Positions 16,740 through 24,300 of a DNA stretch of 40,000 bases are shown here, in pieces; the first letter of the stretch is position 1, and each line of letters begins with the position of its first letter. The notes beneath the pieces were generated by a model that saw only the letters and a list, made by a program, of their open reading frames with translations, searched no databases and was not told the origin of the DNA. A program made the position numbers and the translations under genes. This DNA is from an uncultured Clostridia bacterium (GTDB taxonomy: Bacteria > Bacillota > Clostridia > TANB77 > CAG-508): NCBI GenBank assembly GCA_944391825.1, contig CALXUZ010000001.1, forward strand, positions 9,296 through 49,295, given 5' to 3'.

Positions 16740-18266
16740 TTATTTATCTGTGTAATAGTTCAAGTTCAAATCTTCTCCTCTATGCCAATTATTTATAAAC
16801 TCTATTAATGAGGCATTTTCTAGTGTATATGTTGGCTCTACAGCCACTCTACCTCTTGAATCAATACATCCCCAAACGCCATCTTTTTTTACACTTGAGT
16901 AGCCAAACTCATTTTGCTCTCTCGCATCATCATAAATATAATCTACAATAACAACACCATCTTTATTTACATAGCCGTATTTCCCATCTTTTTTATCTAA
17001 AAATAGAGTATTGGTTGTTAATAATTCTATATTTGTTTTTTCTTCAAATTTAAAATTGTAATATTTGTATTCATCATCAACTCGTATTTTCATATATCCA
17101 TCTTGAGTATTAATTTCTGATAATATTCCACTTAATTTTATTGTAAAATCATTTCCTATAAAATCAGTATCTACAGAATCTGATTTGTTTCCTTCAAAAA
17201 ATCCGCTATCTGCCCTATATATTAAACTATCATATATTGGCTCAAGAACAATATCACCTGATAAATTTATAACACCATATTTTCCTTCTTCTTTAAAAAT
17301 ATAGTTTTCATCAAATGCATATTCTAAGCCTTGGTATTTTGCATCAATTTTTGTTTCACCCGATAACGTTACAACTCCATAGTTCTTATCTGAAACAATT
17401 ACAACATTTTCACCATTTATAGATTTTACACTATCAAATTTGTCCTCAAGATAGCTTTTTCCTTCACTATTCACGATTTTCCATTTTCCATTTTCTTTTA
17501 CTACATAATTTCCATTGCCATAAATAGGCTCAACATCTTGGTATTTAACCTCTACTGCAGCTGTTTTATCACGATTAATTACTCCAACTTTATTATCATT
17601 ATCTGTTACAATATATCCATTTTCATATCTATCTGAAATAGCTTCAATTTTTTTATATTCTGGCTCAATGATAATTGCTCCAATATGATCTACTAAGCCG
17701 TATTGATTATTTTTCTCAATTAATACACTGTTTGTAACACCATTTAATGCTTTGATACTGTCATATTCACATGCTAAAAGCTCTTTACCTCTAAAATCCG
17801 CTAAGCCAAATTTTCCTTCTTTTGAAACAATTAGCAAATCTTCCTCATACCACAAATTGTTGTTAGCATCATAGTTTTCAACAGCTTGGATAGTATCATA
17901 ACCAGTTACTATTTCTTCATTTTTACTATTAACTACTTTTGATTTATAGGAACCAGTTTCGTAATCTACGTCATAGGTACAAATAAAAACGTCTTTTGAA
18001 TTGTCTGGAATTATAATTGCTTCATCATATTCTGGCTCTATAATGGTTTCACCTTTTGAATTGATTACTCCCCATTTGTCGTTTGTATATACTGCAAAAT
18101 ATTGATTTGCAACTGTTTTTTCATCTGTTTTTCCTGCGCCACTAATTAATTTGCTAATGCCTATTATTACCATAATAATTACGGCAAGGGCAATAATAAC
18201 AGCAAAAACTTTTTTAAGGTTAAGTTTTTTCTTTTCACCATTGTATCTTTTGGCTCGACCACTCAT
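16740..18266 (-). CDS. Membrane-anchored WG-repeat (KWG-type) protein
   Basis: 508 aa with an N-terminal TM (VFAVIIALAVIIMVIIGI). It has more than eight repeats of the form [WYF]G[VL][IV][ND]xxGxxhhxPxY[DK]. The RBS is AAGGAGG. Confidence 0.8.
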   Translation of the reverse strand: MSGRAKRYNGEKKKLNLKKVFAVIIALAVIIMVIIGISKLISGAGKTDEKTVANQYFAVYTNDKWGVINSKGETIIEPEYDEAIIIPDNSKDVFICTYDVDYETGSYKSKVVNSKNEEIVTGYDTIQAVENYDANNNLWYEEDLLIVSKEGKFGLADFRGKELLACEYDSIKALNGVTNSVLIEKNNQYGLVDHIGAIIIEPEYKKIEAISDRYENGYIVTDNDNKVGVINRDKTAAVEVKYQDVEPIYGNGNYVVKENGKWKIVNSEGKSYLEDKFDSVKSINGENVVIVSDKNYGVVTLSGETKIDAKYQGLEYAFDENYIFKEEGKYGVINLSGDIVLEPIYDSLIYRADSGFFEGNKSDSVDTDFIGNDFTIKLSGILSEINTQDGYMKIRVDDEYKYYNFKFEEKTNIELLTTNTLFLDKKDGKYGYVNKDGVVIVDYIYDDAREQNEFGYSSVKKDGVWGCIDSRGRVAVEPTYTLENASLIEFINNWHRGEDLNLNYYTDK

Positions 18267-18289
18267 CTTAATTCCTCCTTATGCCTAAT

Positions 18290-18319
18290 ACTATATCATA
18301 TTTGTGTACATAATTACAA
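18290..18319 (-). promoter_or_regulatory. Candidate promoter of the WG-repeat operon
   Basis: The minus strand reads TTGTAA (18319-18314), an 18-nt spacer ending in TGA, then TATAGT (18295-18290). This is an extended -10 configuration. Confidence 0.4.
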
Positions 18320-18390
18320 GGTGTTTTGAAAGTTTTTATATAACAATGTGGACAGAGATTTTTGACAATTTTTTTGCCAATTATATTATT

Positions 18391-18542
18391 CACACAATTG
18401 TATTATAACGTTTGTCCTTGCTGTCGCCTTCCATCCCCATGTCAAAAATAAATTTTTGACATGGGTTAAGTAGCCAAAAAGGCTCTAGAACTACGCTAGC
18501 GCTCCGCCTGTGCGGACTGCACTTATATAATACAATTGTGTG
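18391..18542 (+). repeat. Intergenic repeat element, copy 3
   Basis: Perfect 17-bp terminal inverted repeat CACACAATTGTATTATA / TATAATACAATTGTGTG. The core matches copies 1 and 2, and the central stem CCCATGTCAAAAAT / ATTTTTGACATGGG is perfect. Confidence 0.8.
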
Positions 18543-18614
18543 GAATTTGTAACATTATTGCTTTTTCTTTCAAATTGTCAAAATCTCTCTTTTCATAGAC
18601 TGACCTGTCCCAAA

Positions 18615-19646
18615 TCACCCCAAATTGGGCAAAAAGGGACTGTCCCCAATTACTCCAACTACTACTGTCATGTCGTCCTTTTGTCTGCCGAAATCGCTAT
18701 CTATTGCTTCTTCTAATATCAGGTTGGCTATTTGTTGGGCGTCTTTTGTTTCTAGGTCTTCTAGCAGATATCTTATCCATAGTTCTTTGTTTATGTATTC
18801 ATTATTTGCTTCTATTACGCCATCACTGCACATTACTATTATGTCTCCTTGTTGTAAGTCGTAGTCATATACAATTAAATCACTTTTTTCTAGCACTCCA
18901 GCTGGTAGTGTGGTTGATTTTAGTAATTGTACTTCACTTCCTCTTTTTACATATGTTGGGCATGCGCCATTTTTTATAAATTCCATATTTCCACTGTATA
19001 AGTCTAAAATTTGAATATCAAGTGTGGCATACATGTCTTCTTTACTGTTTGCAAGCAATATTGAGTTTATTAATTGTAGTGATGCTTCTTTTTCAAAGCC
19101 TGCTTTTAATAGCCTTTCTAGCATTTTTAATGCTATTTTACTACTTTTCATTGCTTCTGGTCCTGAGCCCATACCATCACTAATTGCTAACAAATATTTT
19201 CCATCTTCTAGTTTTGTTTCTAAGTGACTGTCTCCTGATACTATTGAATCTGCTTTTGTACTTGAAGATACTCCTATTTGCAATTTATATTTATCTTTTG
19301 ACATGTATTTAAATTTGCACTGCTCTGTATTTTCCCTTAGTCCACATACTTGTGATTGAATTAGGAATTTGTCTCCTAATGATTTAGTTAAAATTCTAGA
19401 TATTTTTTTTATATCACATTTTGTTCCTTCTATTTCATCACATAGTTTTGTACATACTTCTACAAAGTACCTTCCGGAATTTGCTCTTTTAATTTTTAAT
19501 GTTTCTATTTCTATATCTTTTTCTTTTAATAGTACTTTAATTTCTTGCTTTTTTTCTTCAAATGGGTCAATTTCTTTTTCTTCTTTCATTTCATTTGCTA
19601 AGTTTGATATAGCATTTGACACCTCTTCTAAACCGATTAGCAACAT
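18615..19646 (-). CDS. spoIIE: Stage II sporulation protein E, C-terminal regulatory + PP2C phosphatase part (second frame of a split gene)
   Basis: PP2C/SpoIIE motifs are present: LLAISDGMGSGPEA, MYATLD, VMCSDGV, DDMTVVV. The ORF overlaps the upstream ORF by 56 nt in a different frame. Confidence 0.8.
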   Translation of the reverse strand: MLLIGLEEVSNAISNLANEMKEEKEIDPFEEKKQEIKVLLKEKDIEIETLKIKRANSGRYFVEVCTKLCDEIEGTKCDIKKISRILTKSLGDKFLIQSQVCGLRENTEQCKFKYMSKDKYKLQIGVSSSTKADSIVSGDSHLETKLEDGKYLLAISDGMGSGPEAMKSSKIALKMLERLLKAGFEKEASLQLINSILLANSKEDMYATLDIQILDLYSGNMEFIKNGACPTYVKRGSEVQLLKSTTLPAGVLEKSDLIVYDYDLQQGDIIVMCSDGVIEANNEYINKELWIRYLLEDLETKDAQQIANLILEEAIDSDFGRQKDDMTVVVGVIGDSPFLPNLG

Positions 19647-21141
19647 TCCTTTTGCTTTCTTCCATTTTCTTTTTCCAAATGAAATTAATTTTGCTCATCC
19701 TATATGAAGAATTAATTGCCTTTATCATTTTAGATACATCTTGTATTACTTGTTCATTTTTTTCGTAAAAGCCTACTAAGTAATTATTGTGTTTTTCTAA
19801 AATTCCTACAAGTTGTTTTTCTGTTATTACATCTTCTTTTAATAAAAGATGAAAAATATCATCTATGATTCCATTTTGGTTTTCATATATTTCATCATAT
19901 AGCATGTTTTCTTCAAGTTCTTGCAAGTTTATTCTTAATTCTTCTATAAAAATTTGCTCATTTGATAGTTCTTGTTGTCTTAAGTCTTCTTCGTTTATAA
20001 CTGTACTTGCCGCTTCACCATAGCTTTTTGCCATTTCATTTATTGCCTCTGACATGTTGTTTAACCTGAATATTGCATCTTCATTTTCTGTTAAGCTTCT
20101 GCCTGAAAGTGTAGTTTCTGGCAATAGTTTTTCTCTGCCTAAAAAGTCTTGTATATCTATTTTTACTTTTTTAGGAACTGCTAACAATCCTAAAAATGCA
20201 ATTAAAATTTCTTGAATAAGTATTACAGGCACTGTGTTACCATTTGCTGCATATGTTAATGCAATGTTACCTAGGATAAATCCAATTACTACTCCAACTT
20301 TTCCAAGCCTATTAAATAGCCCGGCTATCATACCAGATATGGCATATGAAGCAACTAGTATTGGCTCTGAGCCACTTATTATTCCAAGTGTAACTCCTAT
20401 TAGCACACCTGAAGTTGCACCAATTAGCATGCCATTTTTCCAACCTAAAATTAGTACAATTAAAATACTTAATATATTTTTTACACTATAACCAAAAATT
20501 GTAAAATTATCTAATGCACAAATTGCAATTGCAAGTAATAAGCTTGTCCCCATTACTTCTTCTACTGAAAATACTGTTTTTTTACCAAATTCTTTAATAA
20601 TTGGGATACTGTTTGCAAATATTTTGTAAAACACAAAACTGCTAATTGCTAGCATTATGCTTGTTAGCAAATCATAAACATAAAAACTGGTAAAAAACAT
20701 TGGTATTATTTGCACTGCAAGCACTGATATAAAAAGCCTAGAACCAAGCCTTTTTTGTTCATTTACTATTTCTTCTTCTCTTGGCCTTTTAAATAATACT
20801 AGTGCAAAAAATACAAGTGTTGTTATAAAATATGTAAAAAGACTGCTTGTACCAAATTTTAGCCATGTTCCCATTAATGTTAATATGTACACTATTCCAA
20901 CTGGTGAATAATTGCTAAGCATTGCTGCTAAAAAGCTAATTGCAAATGGGCTTATGCTAAGCATTAAGTTTTCCGAACTAAATCCAACCATTGAAATTAA
21001 GAAACTGATAGTGTATAAAATAATATTTTGTATGCCGAAAAGATTTTTTAAAGTCTCTTTTATTAATTTTTTATTCTTTATTTCTTCTTGCTCATTTTCG
21101 CTATTTTCGCCTGTAAAATCCTTTAATATATTTTGAAACAC
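19591..21141 (-). CDS. spoIIE: Stage II sporulation protein E, N-terminal polytopic membrane part (first frame of a split gene)
   Basis: 516 aa with about ten TM helices followed by a soluble linker. The GTG start follows AGGGGTGA. The frame ends inside the start of the PP2C-encoding ORF. Confidence 0.75.
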   Translation of the reverse strand: MFQNILKDFTGENSENEQEEIKNKKLIKETLKNLFGIQNIILYTISFLISMVGFSSENLMLSISPFAISFLAAMLSNYSPVGIVYILTLMGTWLKFGTSSLFTYFITTLVFFALVLFKRPREEEIVNEQKRLGSRLFISVLAVQIIPMFFTSFYVYDLLTSIMLAISSFVFYKIFANSIPIIKEFGKKTVFSVEEVMGTSLLLAIAICALDNFTIFGYSVKNILSILIVLILGWKNGMLIGATSGVLIGVTLGIISGSEPILVASYAISGMIAGLFNRLGKVGVVIGFILGNIALTYAANGNTVPVILIQEILIAFLGLLAVPKKVKIDIQDFLGREKLLPETTLSGRSLTENEDAIFRLNNMSEAINEMAKSYGEAASTVINEEDLRQQELSNEQIFIEELRINLQELEENMLYDEIYENQNGIIDDIFHLLLKEDVITEKQLVGILEKHNNYLVGFYEKNEQVIQDVSKMIKAINSSYRMSKINFIWKKKMEESKRNVANRFRRGVKCYIKLSK

Positions 21142-21343
21142 TTTTTAATCACCCCTACTTTTTTAATTTGATATTTATTTTAGTACATGTTATTTAAAAT
21201 ATTTGTCGTATTTAATACCAAATTTAAAAAAGTTTTTTATCTTTTTTGCCATCTTACGTGTTTATTTTACTTTTCTTTAGTTTTTATAAGTTATATTTTA
21301 ACTCAAAATAGCATAAAATTCAATATATTGTAGAAAAGTGCAT

Positions 21344-21379
21344 TAAAAAAGAGTGAAATTTTTTGATTTCACTCTTTTA
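21344..21379 (-). terminator. Rho-independent terminator after the giant surface-protein operon
   Basis: 11-bp stem AAGAGTGAAAT / ATTTCACTCTT (21349-21359 / 21366-21376), flanked by an A-run on the plus strand. It starts about 20 nt after the stop at 21395. Confidence 0.6.
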
Positions 21380-21394
21380 AATTAGGCTAGCTAA

Positions 21395-24300
21395 TTATTT
21401 TTTTAGAACTTTCTTTTTAATAAAGATAATTCCTACTGTTATTACTCCTAATGCTACTATTGATAATGTAATATACACTACTATTTCTCCAATACCTGTT
21501 GGTGGAATTACAATTACTTCTTCTGCTTTAACACTATCTACTTCGCTAGGTTCTTCGGCAGTTGGATTTTGGTTACCTTGAATTGAGTATGCCATCCTTC
21601 TACCCACACTATTTGAAATATTAACAATCTCTGCAATATTGTTATATGTTCTATCATCTGCTGTGTTTTGAGATGTCATTAATTGCGTTAAAACTAAACT
21701 TGTTGTTGTTTCTTCACCTGGTGTTAATTCTTTATTTAAGCTTTCTGTTTTTATAATTGTGTTAAATGATTTAACAGGTTCTTGTAGTTGTGTATCCAAT
21801 CCTTCTGAAGATACTACATTTTCAACTGAAGCCCATCCACCTTCTGTATTATCATCTGCCCTAAATTGAAGGTTATTTGCTACATAATCTACTACTGTAT
21901 TAGCAGTTGTTGTTACAACTTGATTTGCTCCTCTAGCTTTATAGTAGAATTCCTGTCCTTCATAATCTGTTTCACCTGCATTTGTTACTGCTAGTTCATA
22001 TGTGATACTAATAGTTGCACCATGCATTAACTCATTATCTATTTCTATCTTAATTAATCCACTATTATGGCTAGCATCATATCTTGAAGCTACTAAGTTA
22101 TCAATTTCTGTTCTGTAAGCATAACGATGATCTTTATTATAATATTCTTCGTATTTGTTATTGTCCATTTCGTCAATTAAGTTGTATTTCTTGTTTGCTG
22201 CCCAAGTAATATCTGTTGCGCCTTTGTTAGTATCAATTAATGTGCTTCCATTTGCTAAGGTTAATTTTACATTAGTTATTTTCTTTGCTAGCTCTAGCTG
22301 TGCTTTTGGTCTTTCTGTTAAACCAAAGTCTACATTATTTAATGTATAGTTTCCGTTATAGTCATTATCATATAAGTATATATCAGCACCATTGCTATTT
22401 GTATTATAACCATCTGTGTTTGTTCTGTTATATTCTCCTTCTAGCACAATTATCGCAGTTTCAGCTGTCATATTTGTGTTTTGTGCTAATTCATTTATTA
22501 GTTCATTGTTAACATCATCTGCGTATGGAGAAGCTAATACTTGAGCTTTGTGGTTAGTTACATTTGAGCTACTATAATCATTAACCTCTTGTCTTCTCTC
22601 CCAAATATCTTTTGCATCTGATAAATTACCATTAAATGCATCTGATGCCTGAATATTGTAGTATTCTTCTGTATAGTTAGATATTCCTGAGTTGTTATTT
22701 AGGTTTTGCTGATATACTGTAGATTTAAAGTCTTGACCATTATATGATACCTCATTTGCTCCACCATTTTCATCTGTTAATATTGTTGCTGTTGTATTTC
22801 CATAGTGGAAGCGTATTATATAGTTACCTGGTATTATGTACACATTACCACTTTCATTTGTTCTAAACTCATAACGTCCATTTTCATCTGTTGTGGTGGT
22901 TTGCCATACATATTCATTTCCATTTTCTAGTTTTTCTACTAGTTCTACAGTGACACCTGCTATTCCTATTTCATCATCTCTTAAGCCATCACCAATCATT
23001 GCATTTGAAACATTTTGTGTTCTTTCATCTTCCCAAACTGTACCATTAATGCTTCTTATTGCTTCATTATCCAATGTTACCTTTATAGATTTAGCACGGT
23101 CTGTGTCGTCTTCAAAGTTTCTTTCATATCTGTTTCCATTAATATCATCTATACTTAGGTTACCTGGGTTAGAATCAATATCTATTAATCCTGCTGAGTC
23201 ATTGCTGTTCATTATTTGGTCGTTTGGTAATTCTGTTCCATCTCTATAGTATGTAGTATATCCATTAATTTCAGCATAGTTTTGTTTTAAGCTATTGTCT
23301 TCATCTAATATTACAGGACCATTGTTATCTGACCTTACTTTAAATGTCAAATAAATATATGCTTCTTCACCACTTGCCAATTGTTTTCTGTCAAGTCCTC
23401 TAATATATACAGAATTATATTCTGATTCCATACCAGATTGCTGGCTGTTTCTTCCATATCTACTGCTATTATGGCTATCTATATCTTTTCCTGTAGTTCT
23501 TAAATCTCCTTGTAATGAAAGACTGTTTATAGTGTTATAGTAATCTTGCTCTGATAATGAAATTTCTGAATTGTCGCCATCACTATTGTTTTTATACATT
23601 ACCCAAGATAGGTCTTCCATATATTCATAATCTTCATCATAGTAATCTACTACTTCTGTTATTTCACTTAAAATGCTTGTAGAACTATTTCTTACAGTTA
23701 GCTTATATGTTACATATAGTTCTAGCTCGTTATCAGCACTAACCCCATTTGTTGTAGCACGATATGTATAGTCTGCTGGGTAAAGCTCTCTTGAGTATGC
23801 AGTTGCATAATAGTTATTGTAGTCCCTCATTCTTAATTGGATTTCCCAATAGTATTTATTTTCTATTTCTTCTGCATAATCCAAGTATGCTTGATAGTTT
23901 GCTAGATTTGTTCTATCTTGTTCATATATAGCTCTTAATCTAGCTAGTTCTTCTGCTTCTGCATCTGTCATTTGACTTCTCTTATCATATGTATATACTT
24001 CTGTTTTACCATTTATTCTTGTTGCTGCATATGCTATATCTTTTCTTAAAGCCAAGTCAACTTCTTGTCTTCTCCACAATCCTTGATTTACAAAGAACTG
24101 TCCTGGGTAAATCGGACTATACACTACCTCATCAAATACATCTGCATTTAAATCATATTCTCCATTTTGCATTTGTTCAATTGTTGTATATTCTGCCCTA
24201 TCATTTATTTTAAATTGATCATATACTGGATATAAATCTAAATCTCCGTCTTGTGGCTTAGTATATGATTGTATTTTACAATCTTCAATAAATTGTAGTT

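Noticed and set aside
18625-19707. Several plus-strand ORFs (18625-18864, 18704-18979, 19024-19227, 19369-19707) antisense to spoIIE
   Set aside because: These are shadow frames of a gene with clear PP2C motifs. None has translation signals.
21204-21210. TGTCGTA upstream of spoIIE, one mismatch from the Spo0A-box consensus TGTCGAA
   Set aside because: It is a single imperfect 7-mer in an AT-rich spacer, which is not enough to call a regulatory site without a second box or comparative support.
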